From an uncultured Anaerolineales bacterium (GTDB taxonomy: Bacteria > Chloroflexota > Anaerolineae > B4-G1 > SLSP01), in assembly GCA_964504195.1 (NCBI GenBank), contig CAZDDI010000012.1, positions 13,284 to 77,283 on the forward strand: a stretch of 64,000 nucleotides of DNA. The letters run 5' to 3'. The position numbers and the translations under genes were made by a program. The notes beneath the pieces are model-generated. The model searched no databases. It had not been told where the DNA came from and worked only from the letters and a program-made list of their open reading frames with translations. Below are positions 51,086 through 59,581 of the stretch, piece after piece. Positions within the stretch are counted from its first letter, which is position 1. Each line of letters opens with the position of its first letter.

Positions 51086-51481
51086 TCAATCCAGTGCATC
51101 ATAAGGCGGCGGCTCGGCCTCGGCGACCTTGACCAGCGCCTGTTCAAAGCGCGCGCGATTGCCTGTGTGGGCACGTTCCTGGACGTAATCCTCTTTTGCA
51201 ATTTGCGTGAACGCATCCGGTCTTTGTTCGGCGATGCGCAGCAAAGCCAGCGCGGGGCCGCTCGGTTTGCGCCGCCCCTGCTCCCAATCCTGCACTGTGC
51301 GCACGCTGACGCCCATCAGCGCGGCAAAGGCCGCTTGCGATAGTTGCAGGTTGGCGCGAATGACTTGCGGCGGCGCTGGCTCGCGCAGCGTGTGTGTCCG
51401 CAGAACCTTCTCGCCGGCCTTATGTGCTTTGATTTCCCGAATGCCTTCGAGGATTTCTTGTGCAATATCACGTTCAGTCAT
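51086..51481 (-). CDS. HigA/NadS-type HTH antitoxin with an extra C-terminal tail
   Basis: IR..LQLSQ..FA..MGVSVRTVQDWEQGRR.PSG.A. Confidence 0.85.
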   Translation of the reverse strand: MTERDIAQEILEGIREIKAHKAGEKVLRTHTLREPAPPQVIRANLQLSQAAFAALMGVSVRTVQDWEQGRRKPSGPALALLRIAEQRPDAFTQIAKEDYVQERAHTGNRARFEQALVKVAEAEPPPYDALD

Positions 51482-51785
51482 GGTCAATCTCCCTCGCTAT
51501 TTGACGCAATACATGGGCGGGGATAGTGGCTGTTTCATTTTTGCTGTAGATGGTCAACAACCAGATCTCATCCTCCGAGCGCTTGAAGTAGTAAATCACT
51601 CGCACCCCGCCGCGTTTACCGCTGCCCGCCATTCTCCAACGCAGTTTACGCACCCCGCCTGAACCTGGCACGACGTTACCGGCGGCTGGATATTGGAGCA
51701 GGAAATTCTGCAATCCGGCATATTCGTCTTCCGATAGATACGCATAGACATATTTGGTGAAGGCTGAGGCTTCGATGAATTCCAT
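51474..51785 (-). CDS. RelE/HigB2-family toxin
   Basis: MEFIE...F, G..VPGSGGVRKLRW...GKRGG.RVIYY, LLTIYSK. Confidence 0.9.
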   Translation of the reverse strand: MEFIEASAFTKYVYAYLSEDEYAGLQNFLLQYPAAGNVVPGSGGVRKLRWRMAGSGKRGGVRVIYYFKRSEDEIWLLTIYSKNETATIPAHVLRQIAREIDHD

Positions 51786-51791
51786 ATCTCT

Positions 51792-51820
51792 ATTATACGG
51801 CTAAGCCGTATACATGGCAA
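51792..51820 (-). promoter_or_regulatory. Promoter and palindromic operator of the higBA-like operon
   Basis: TTGCCA-17 bp-TATAAT; palindrome TATACGGCT-A-AGCCGTATA at 51794-51812; ATG 6 nt after the -10. Confidence 0.75.
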
Positions 51821-51839
51821 GTGTGTGCCGAATATCCCG

Positions 51840-51950
51840 CGCCGCCGCATGGATGCACGCCCCCAACCGTAACCGCCCCGCGCCCGCCCACGTGGATTCG
51901 TGGCCCCATGCGTGGACGGCCCCCCGCCCGCGCATGGATGTGCGCCCCAA
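51840..51950. repeat. Cluster of CGCATGGATGCGCGCCCC-type REP-like repeats
   Basis: Four degenerate copies; related copies at ~51005, ~52675 and ~52805. Confidence 0.7.
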
Positions 51951-52033
51951 AGCACAGCCCGCCGTATCGCGGGGAAGACGGCGGGCTGTGGTGATGACTG
52001 AACACGCTGCGTTTAAGGCGCGGAGGTTATTTC

Positions 52034-52258
52034 TCACTCACCCAAAAACTCCTCGACGGTCAAACCGATGTCTTTGGCAATTTGCCGCAGCAGAATGGGC
52101 GAAATATCGCGTCCGCCGTGGAAAGGCACGGTTGTGCAGCGCCCGTCTGGATGCCGGTATTGAATGTGCGAGCCGCGTTGACGCACAACCTCGAACCCAA
52201 GTCGCTCCAAAATCCGCATCACTGCGCGGGGTTTCAAGACCGGATATTTCTTCCCCAT
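52034..52258 (-). CDS. hicA: HicA-family mRNA interferase toxin
   Basis: LERLGF..VRQRGSH..Y.HPDG..TTVP.H, L.QI. Confidence 0.9.
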   Translation of the reverse strand: MGKKYPVLKPRAVMRILERLGFEVVRQRGSHIQYRHPDGRCTTVPFHGGRDISPILLRQIAKDIGLTVEEFLGE

Positions 52259-52259
52259 C

Positions 52260-52469
52260 TCACCCCACCATAATCGTTTGCGTCCCGACAAACTCCGTTT
52301 CTAAGACCGGCTGCCCATCCTCTAGCAACATCTCGATAACCTCGTGGAGGTTCTGATAAAGTTCATCCAGCGTCTCGCCTTGCGAGTGCGCCCCCGCGAA
52401 GTTCGGCACATAACCAACGTACAGGCCAGTATCGGAACATTTTTCGACAACAGCAGTAAAGAACATCAT
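52260..52469 (-). CDS. hicB: HicB-family antitoxin (short)
   Basis: YVGYVP...GAHSQGETLDEL..NL.E. Confidence 0.9.
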   Translation of the reverse strand: MMFFTAVVEKCSDTGLYVGYVPNFAGAHSQGETLDELYQNLHEVIEMLLEDGQPVLETEFVGTQTIMVG

Positions 52470-52558
52470 AGTGGCACCTCCTACAAGGACTCTCTGCTCT
52501 TTACACTCATTATAGCATAACCTGCCGCGCCACGCGCGCCGATTTCAGCCTTCCGCCC

Positions 52559-52846
52559 CCAGCCGTGACCGGCCCAGCACATTCTCTTAGCCACGAATTT
52601 CACGAATTAACACGAAGGCCATTGACTCAATTCGTAAAATTCGTGCAATTCGTGGCAAAATCTCCCCCCGCCAGCGCATGGATGCGCGCCTCCAGCCGTG
52701 ACCGGCCCGACCCGCCCTCTTAGCCACGAATTTCACGAATTGACACGAAGGCCATTGTCTCAATTCGTAAAATTCGTGTAATTCGTGGCAAAATCTCCCG
52801 CCAGCGCGTGGATGCGCGCCCCCAGCCGTGACCGGCCCGACCTGCC
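52559..52846. repeat. Tandem ~130-bp composite repeat (2.2 copies)
   Basis: Units start at about 52559, 52692 and 52821 with ccagccgtgaccggccc; each full unit has a CACGAAT palindrome and a REP-like motif. Confidence 0.85.
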
Positions 52847-52861
52847 CCTGTCGGAAAGAGT

Positions 52862-52917
52862 TCAAGCAAAGGCACCAAGCTGCAAAGATTTCTTGGCGAC
52901 TTGGTGCCTTTGCTTGA
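52862..52917. repeat. 18-bp inverted repeat hairpin downstream of AIPR
   Basis: tcaagcaaaggcaccaag ... cttggtgcctttgcttga. Confidence 0.75.
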
Positions 52918-52965
52918 GATGGCCGCCTTTTGTGATACGGTTGCGTAGACTTGTCCTCCACAAAT

Positions 52966-54642
52966 TTACCACAATTGATCTATATATGCCTCAATACAAC
53001 TACATTTGTTATTATTTTTAAATATGTTTGCCAAATAAGATTCTGAATATTTCTCATTAACTGCTTTTATAGCTAGTTCAACTGCTTTAGCAGTAATGTT
53101 AGGAATGGCTTTCAATATTTCATTGATATCCAAATTAGGATCATCCAGGCCTGAAAGATCTAAGTGCCTAAACACTTGCCGAGCCAAAAAACGATTTCCA
53201 TGAACAGGCAACATTGCATCACGTCCGTGATAACTACCTTGCTGATTCTTTAGTTCAATATCCACTGCACGATGCATTTGAACTAATCGCCATAGTCTAG
53301 TGCTAGAAACATTAGGATTAAACAAAGCTCTATATGGAGCTTTCGTAACATCTTCCCACAACACACCAATGCCTTTTTTCGCTTGCATAGCATAAGAGAG
53401 CTCAGAATGAGCACTTGCAAGTACCACAGTAGCTTCTGTTAAATCAAATCCTTTACTTGGTTCATCAATACTATATCCAGATTTATAAACATATGTGATT
53501 CCCTCAAGTTGTAATTCAGTTCTCAAACGTTCTTGTTGTGTATCAAGTGAAACAAAGTCTCGCTTCTCTATGCGATTTTGAGTATTTGTAGCCCGTGTTA
53601 CACGAACTGAAAAATCAGTTGGACACCCTTCGAGTGAGATAAAGCGAACCATTACAGATGCTCTTGCAACACTAGTAGGATCCTTATCATTAGCTTTAGC
53701 GATTGCTCCTACCGTTTGAGCTCCATTTACAATACTCACATCCGTACATTCAAATACCCCACTATCTCGTGACGGACCACCTAAAGGTTTCTTCTTTATA
53801 GCGCTACACAATGCTGTTATGCCATTGTTAAAATACCAGAAATTTTCCGGCTCCTTAGATAATGTTTGAGTAATATCTTGGTTAATGTTACTATCAGCAA
53901 GGAAAGAACGTATATTTGGAGCAAATAGTTTTGAATGATAGGTGTACCAATTTGCTATCTCACTTGCAGAAATACGACCATAATATGCAGGAAAGGGCTC
54001 TTCCATATATCCCCAATCACGCAATACAATTTCAAAGTTTATCGGAGCCCCAAGAGCTCCAGTTGCAATAATATGATGCAATTGACTTTGTTTAAATGTG
54101 CGCAATTCCATTACATCAGCAGAATCATTCATGTCATACAGAAAGTCGTTTAGATCTCGTAATATTTCTTCACTTAGATTTGATTGTCCTGTATAAGCTA
54201 ACACTAGAATTATTCTAGTATTTGCGTCAGCTAAAGCTGTTTCGATCTCTTTCTGATGTTTGTTTACTTTTTTATTGAAACGATCTAGTTTTATGGTGAT
54301 TAAATCCTTAACTCCCTGAATAAATTTCTGCGCATCGCCTCTTTCTATGCTACCTGCGCCATCGTGACGCCATTTTGATTGAACCAAGTATAAGGTTTTC
54401 TTAGACTCATGAAAGAAGATCGCGTCTAGCCCATTATCATGAAACCCATCAGTAACACTAGCAGCAGCTTGTATTGGCTCCACGTTGGCATCGATATGAA
54501 TTACGAATGCCGCAAGAGAACGCGAAAGAAAAATGGATTCATAATCTTTAGCTGATTTTTCTGTGCAATCGGTCATATCTATTTGTTCATGAAACAACGA
54601 AGTAAGATGGGCCTTAATTTGATTAACATGAATAACGCTCAT
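52966..54642 (-). CDS. AIPR family (abortive infection phage resistance) protein
   Basis: D.GLDA, QSKW, NIR.FL, FWYFNNGIT, IVNGAQT, TNTQN; strongly AT-rich. Confidence 0.9.
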   Translation of the reverse strand: MSVIHVNQIKAHLTSLFHEQIDMTDCTEKSAKDYESIFLSRSLAAFVIHIDANVEPIQAAASVTDGFHDNGLDAIFFHESKKTLYLVQSKWRHDGAGSIERGDAQKFIQGVKDLITIKLDRFNKKVNKHQKEIETALADANTRIILVLAYTGQSNLSEEILRDLNDFLYDMNDSADVMELRTFKQSQLHHIIATGALGAPINFEIVLRDWGYMEEPFPAYYGRISASEIANWYTYHSKLFAPNIRSFLADSNINQDITQTLSKEPENFWYFNNGITALCSAIKKKPLGGPSRDSGVFECTDVSIVNGAQTVGAIAKANDKDPTSVARASVMVRFISLEGCPTDFSVRVTRATNTQNRIEKRDFVSLDTQQERLRTELQLEGITYVYKSGYSIDEPSKGFDLTEATVVLASAHSELSYAMQAKKGIGVLWEDVTKAPYRALFNPNVSSTRLWRLVQMHRAVDIELKNQQGSYHGRDAMLPVHGNRFLARQVFRHLDLSGLDDPNLDINEILKAIPNITAKAVELAIKAVNEKYSESYLANIFKNNNKCSCIEAYIDQLW

Positions 54643-54770
54643 AATTATCCTTTCGTGATGTAGAGATTAGTATATAAAATAGCAACTTATTAGCAATAGA
54701 CGAAAAATAACTTTCCCAAATTACCCCCGAAAACCTGGGGAAATGGTCTAAAATGGGGGAACTTATTTTT

Positions 54771-54905
54771 AACTTTAGGTTCCGCTAAGTTGAAAATGCC
54801 ACTGCATATGGTTTTCGTGCTTATCAAAACACTAGATATGGCACATCAAATTGTACAAGAACATCGAAAACAGCCTAAAAACTCATTTTAGCGGAACCTA
54901 AAGTT
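54771..54905. mobile_element. MITE-like 135-bp element with perfect 18-bp terminal inverted repeats
   Basis: aactttaggttccgctaa (54771-54788) / ttagcggaacctaaagtt (54888-54905); no ORF inside. Confidence 0.6.
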
Positions 54906-55000
54906 TTAACCATTCCTAAACAAGTATATAAAATACTTGCTCTTGGAATTCAGGAAGCAGACTTGTCGCCTGCTCCCTCTCTCCCATCCCCTATAACAAA

Positions 55001-57211
55001 TTATAGCACACCTCTCCCCTTCAACACCTTCACCATCGCATTGACCACATGGATGCCCTTCGTCCCGCGCCCGAACGTCGCATCCAGGCCCGTCTCGGCG
55101 GCCATCTCGCGGTTCACCTGCGTCCCGCCGGCAATCAGGATGATCCTATCGCGGATGCCGCGCTCCACGCACAAGTCCGCCAGCCGCCGCATCTGCGCGC
55201 GATGCACGTCGTTGTGGCTGATGATGGTGGAAATCAAAATCGCGTGCGCGCCGGTCTCGATAGCGGCGTCAATCAACTTGCTCACCGGCACGGAGGTGCC
55301 CAGGTAATGGTACTTCACGCCGTACTTCTCGATGCCGCCGTGCTTGATGTCGAGGATTTCGCGCAAACCCACGCTATGCTCGTCCTCGCCCACCGTCCCG
55401 GACACCACCGTGAGGCCCACCTGCTTCACCGCCGCGCGCAGCTCCTCTTCCGGCAGGATCACCTCTTTCTCCGGGATTTTGAGCGTGGTCACGTCCACAT
55501 CGAAGCCCACCTTGCCCTTCACCTCCACAAAACAGCCCTCGGCGGGGTGCATCACTTGGAGGTTGACCACCTGCGGGTCGGCGAGGCCCATCCGCTTCGC
55601 CATCTCCACGCCGTAGGCGGCGGCGAAATCCTCCGCCAGCGGCACGAAGAATTGCAGCAGCACAGTCCCATCGCCCGCCCATTCCGCTTCCGGCTTCACC
55701 AGCGTGCCCTTGCGGTAGGGATAGGTCGCCTCCAGCCGCTTGTCCGCGCTGTCCTCTGGATCGAGTTCATCAATGTAGACGATTTTTTCCGGCTTGCAGA
55801 GCGTGCAGCCGCCGATGAGGTCGCAGGCATGGGCCACGCCCGCCGGGAGATGGTTCTGGCCGAAGTGGTCGCACACGGGCGCGAGATAGTCCGGGTCGCG
55901 GGCCACGATGCTATCCGCTGCCACGCCGCCCTTCCCGTTGCGGGCGATGCCGTCGCCGTTACGCTCCGGGTACTTGCCCGAATCCACAAAAAAGCCCTTT
56001 TCCACCGCCGCAAAATACCCGCCGATTTCGAGGATTTCTTCCAGGAAGGCTACAGCGCGCACTTTGAGATCGCGCACCATCTCACCCAGCGGCCCCTCGT
56101 GGTTGATGCTCAACAGCTCCTTGATGCCATCGAGCGCGGCCCAGGTCTGCTTGACGGTCTGCACGCCGCGAATGTTGTTGTAGTGCCAGGGCACGTTGCG
56201 CCCCTCGTCGGGCGTGATGGTGCTCTGGATGTCCGCGCTGGTGAGCATGGAAATCAGCGTATCCACCGTGTGCGTGCGGATGGCCTCCTCGATGTCGGCC
56301 TCGATGTACCGCGTGTTCTGCTGCGCGCGCATCTTGTACTCGGAGAACACATCGCGCAGGGCCACCGCGTAGGGCAGGTCGTACCAGAGTTTGGGCGCGG
56401 GCGGCGCGTCCGGCGGCACGGTGGAGAGGCCGATGAGTTCCTTATCCATCCCTACGGCTACGGAGAAGGCGCAGTTGATGCCATGCTGCACCATCAGTTC
56501 GGGCATCACCAGCCAGCCGGCCTTGGCGGTGGCGTTGGCGTTGTGCGCGCCGTCAATCTGGAAGATGCGCGCCCCGGCCATCACTCGCTTGGCTTCGGCG
56601 GCGTCCACAAACGAGCGGTACATATTCACGTTGCGGTACAGCACGTTGTACTGTGGATCCTGGTGCGCGCCGTTGATGCCCTCCTCGGCGAAGAGCACGG
56701 CCACTTCCGGCCCGGCCACGCCGGAGACGTAACTGTGAAAGTTGATAGGGCGGCCCACCTCGTCCTCGATCATATCGCACGCCTTGCGGCTGGCGCGAAT
56801 CTGCTTGCGCGTAATCGGCACGCCGCCCACGCCCTCCGGCGTCCCTTCGAGCAGCCCGTCAATGTGACTCTGGCCCGTCGTGCGGATGACCATCAGATGG
56901 TCGGCACCGTGCCAGGCCGCCATGCGCATCCGGCGGATATCATCCTCGAAGCGCCCGGAGGCAATCTCGGTGGTGACAACGCACGCAGGCTGCGGGTCAA
57001 TATGGTCGAAATACTTGGAGGCGGGCAGGCCGATGCTATTCTTGAGCGGCGTGGACATATCGCGGAAATGGAACGGCCCCATCTCCACGCCCTCTGCGGG
57101 CACCTCCCGCCACGTCCACCCCTTCCGCTGCGGGTGATAATCTTCCAGGTCGGTCAAAATTTCTTCGATGTCTAACTTTTGCTTGGGATCAAGTTGTTTG
57201 GTCATAGTCAT
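55001..57211 (-). CDS. oraE: D-ornithine 4,5-aminomutase beta subunit (PLP/B12)
   Basis: EIASGRFEDDIRRMRMAAWHGADH, HQDPQYN, GEDEHSVG.REI.DIKHGG. Confidence 0.95.
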   Translation of the reverse strand: MTMTKQLDPKQKLDIEEILTDLEDYHPQRKGWTWREVPAEGVEMGPFHFRDMSTPLKNSIGLPASKYFDHIDPQPACVVTTEIASGRFEDDIRRMRMAAWHGADHLMVIRTTGQSHIDGLLEGTPEGVGGVPITRKQIRASRKACDMIEDEVGRPINFHSYVSGVAGPEVAVLFAEEGINGAHQDPQYNVLYRNVNMYRSFVDAAEAKRVMAGARIFQIDGAHNANATAKAGWLVMPELMVQHGINCAFSVAVGMDKELIGLSTVPPDAPPAPKLWYDLPYAVALRDVFSEYKMRAQQNTRYIEADIEEAIRTHTVDTLISMLTSADIQSTITPDEGRNVPWHYNNIRGVQTVKQTWAALDGIKELLSINHEGPLGEMVRDLKVRAVAFLEEILEIGGYFAAVEKGFFVDSGKYPERNGDGIARNGKGGVAADSIVARDPDYLAPVCDHFGQNHLPAGVAHACDLIGGCTLCKPEKIVYIDELDPEDSADKRLEATYPYRKGTLVKPEAEWAGDGTVLLQFFVPLAEDFAAAYGVEMAKRMGLADPQVVNLQVMHPAEGCFVEVKGKVGFDVDVTTLKIPEKEVILPEEELRAAVKQVGLTVVSGTVGEDEHSVGLREILDIKHGGIEKYGVKYHYLGTSVPVSKLIDAAIETGAHAILISTIISHNDVHRAQMRRLADLCVERGIRDRIILIAGGTQVNREMAAETGLDATFGRGTKGIHVVNAMVKVLKGRGVL

Positions 57212-57294
57212 AATACCTCTATTGGTGAAAGGGTGCGTGAAACATGATGCGTGAAACGTGAAGATTTCTCTGATCACGTTTCACGTTTCACGCA

Positions 57295-57648
57295 TCACGC
57301 AAATAGCCCCTGCAAGGCTTCCTTGTCTTCCAGAATAGCCGCCGCCGCCGCGCGCACATCCACCCCGCGCTTCTCCGCGACCTTCAGCACCACATGGCCC
57401 GCGCCCTTGCCGAGCAAGCCCGCCTCCAGCACGCGGCTCACCACACCCTGCGAGCTGACGCTATCCACGCCCATCCGCAGCAGCACCGCCCGCTCAATCG
57501 AGGGCGACGTGTGCGTCTGAGCCAGCTCCACGATAGGCACCATCATCTCATTGCAGAGCTCCCAGAAACGGGTCTTCAGTTGCTCGTCGCTCAGCTGCTC
57601 CAGCCGCGCGCGCCGTTCTTCAAATTTGGCGATACGATCTTGAGTCAT
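57295..57648 (-). CDS. oraS: D-ornithine 4,5-aminomutase alpha subunit
   Basis: FE.RR..L..LSDE.L..RFW.L, HTSPSIER.VLLRMG, LLGKGAG. Confidence 0.93.
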   Translation of the reverse strand: MTQDRIAKFEERRARLEQLSDEQLKTRFWELCNEMMVPIVELAQTHTSPSIERAVLLRMGVDSVSSQGVVSRVLEAGLLGKGAGHVVLKVAEKRGVDVRAAAAAILEDKEALQGLFA

Positions 57649-57723
57649 AAAAATCGCTCCTATGTTCAATGATTTCTTGTTGAAGTCTTGTAGTCAGGTA
57701 GTCGCTAGTCAGAGACTACCTGA

Positions 57724-59130
57724 CTACTCGACTACCTGACTTCTTACCCAGTCCACCGATTTCTTTATATCGGCGGCCAGGAACGCATACTCAACTTCCG
57801 TCCACTCCGCCACCGGCAGCGCATTCGCCGCGTTCTTCAGATACGAGTGCCGCAGCTTGTCCATATCCTGCACGCGGCCCTGCACCTGCTCCAGCCGCTC
57901 CGGGATGACAATGCTCTGCCCTGGGACATTCTCTTTCGGGTCGCCGCGCCGCACTTCGATGCCGTTGGCGCGCGCGAAGGCGAGCTGGCTGTTGTGATGT
58001 TTGCCCGCGCCGGTGTACTCGGTCTCCTGCACCACCACCAGCTGGTCTTCCCGCATCTGCCGCGCCAGCGTGACCGCCGCCGTGAGGCTGATGTTGCCCG
58101 CCGGCCCGCGCTCGATGCCCTCCAGCTTGGTGAGCAGCTCCGTGATGTAGAACACCTCACCCTGCGACACCAGCTGGTACTCGTCCATGTAGCGCAGGCT
58201 GCGCGCCGCGTTGCGCGGCACATCCACGCGATCGGGCCAGGTGGCGAACGGCACGCCGAAGCCCGTATGCCCGGTGGTGAACGACTTGCGGTTGAAGTCG
58301 CGGTCGGAGGCCATGTGCAACCCGCTCAAATCCACCGAGCAGGCCACGATGCGCGCCTCCGCACAGCCCGCCTCAAGCAGCCCCCGCGCCGTGCCGGTGA
58401 GATTCCCGCCGCCCGCGTGCGTAATCACCACCGCGTCGGGGTCTTTGCCGTAGCGCGCGCGCACCTGCTCCGCAATCTCATAGCCCAGGCTCTCCACGCC
58501 GCGAATGCCGAACGGCGTGTAGAGGCTGGCGTTGAAGAAGCCCGTCTCCTCCAGCGTGCGGAGCAGCATATAGAAGAGCTCCGGCCCGACGGAGAGCTTC
58601 AGCACCTCCGCGCCGTAAGCCTCGCACTTGCGCCCCTTCTCCACGATTTCCGGCTGTCCCACGCCCCGGCTGTCGAAGACCTCCTGCACGATGATGGCCT
58701 TCAGTCCGCGCTGCGCCGCCTGCGATGCGACCGCCGCACCGTAGTTGCCGCTGGTCGCGGCAATCATCCCCGCGTAGCCCTTGAGCTGGGCCTGATACGC
58801 GCTAATCGCGGCGCGGCGGGCCTTGAAGCTGCCGGAGGCGTTCGCGGCCTCGTCCTTGAGCAGAATCGTCGCGCCCATGCCCGGCGCGGAGATGCGGCGC
58901 ACAGCGGCGGTGAGATTGCGCAGCTCGAACAGCGGCGTATCGCCCACCTTCGTCTCCCGCTGAATGCGGCGGATGTCGTCCATCGTATAGCCCGTCTCGC
59001 GCATCATGCCCTCGTAATCGAAGGCAATGGTGCTCTGGATGTAATCGTCGTAATCAATCCCCAACGAGCGCTTCATAATCTCATTCTTGCGCGCCATCAC
59101 AGCAGCGTAGGATGTATCGTAAGTTGTCAT
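57724..59130 (-). CDS. ortB: 2-amino-4-oxopentanoate thiolase beta subunit
   Basis: KDEA.N.SGSFKARRA, ATSGNYG, GLHMASD..FN.KSFTTGHTG, QETEYTGAGKH. Confidence 0.93.
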   Translation of the reverse strand: MTTYDTSYAAVMARKNEIMKRSLGIDYDDYIQSTIAFDYEGMMRETGYTMDDIRRIQRETKVGDTPLFELRNLTAAVRRISAPGMGATILLKDEAANASGSFKARRAAISAYQAQLKGYAGMIAATSGNYGAAVASQAAQRGLKAIIVQEVFDSRGVGQPEIVEKGRKCEAYGAEVLKLSVGPELFYMLLRTLEETGFFNASLYTPFGIRGVESLGYEIAEQVRARYGKDPDAVVITHAGGGNLTGTARGLLEAGCAEARIVACSVDLSGLHMASDRDFNRKSFTTGHTGFGVPFATWPDRVDVPRNAARSLRYMDEYQLVSQGEVFYITELLTKLEGIERGPAGNISLTAAVTLARQMREDQLVVVQETEYTGAGKHHNSQLAFARANGIEVRRGDPKENVPGQSIVIPERLEQVQGRVQDMDKLRHSYLKNAANALPVAEWTEVEYAFLAADIKKSVDWVRSQVVE

Positions 59131-59217
59131 AATTTTACTCCTCGGAAATGCAGCCACGAATTACACGAATTAACACTAATTTTTTAACAAATTCGTAAAA
59201 TTCGTGCAAATTCGTGG

Positions 59218-59505
59218 CTAAAGCTCTTCCGCCTCCGTGCCAATCGTGAGCAGCTCCGGCACGGTCTCGCCGAAGCTGTGCGCGTAGCCGGGATTCACCA
59301 CCCGCAGCGTGCCGCACATCTCGCGCCCGATGATGGTGCGGATGGTCGCATCCTGCCCCAGCTCCGCATCTTCCGCCAGGAAACCCGCCACGCGCAGCAT
59401 ATACGGCGTCGCCTTCGTCTCCGGCGGCAGCGTCGGCGCGCGCTCTTCCGGCGTCAACACGGTTTGTTCGATTTCAACCCATGTGCCAGTAGAAATAATC
59501 GTCAT
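59218..59505 (-). CDS. ortA: 2-amino-4-oxopentanoate thiolase alpha subunit
   Basis: WVEI...L.PEERA..LP.ET..P, I.T.IGR, NP.Y.H.FG..VPEL. Confidence 0.92.
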   Translation of the reverse strand: MTIISTGTWVEIEQTVLTPEERAPTLPPETKATPYMLRVAGFLAEDAELGQDATIRTIIGREMCGTLRVVNPGYAHSFGETVPELLTIGTEAEEL

Positions 59506-59581
59506 AGTTCCTCCCCATGCGTGATGCGTGAAACGTGAAACGTGACCAGAAAATCACGTTTCACGCATCACGTTTCACGTT

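Noticed and set aside
50990-54905. Classical integron/attC array
   Set aside because: No IntI tyrosine recombinase, and I could not identify RYYYAAC...GTTRRRY attC ends at the boundaries
55049-57175. 708-aa plus-strand ORF (and similar long ORFs at 57847-59187, 59675-60649, 42776-43882, 9647-10780)
   Set aside because: Antisense shadows of well-supported high-GC genes, with no recognisable motifs
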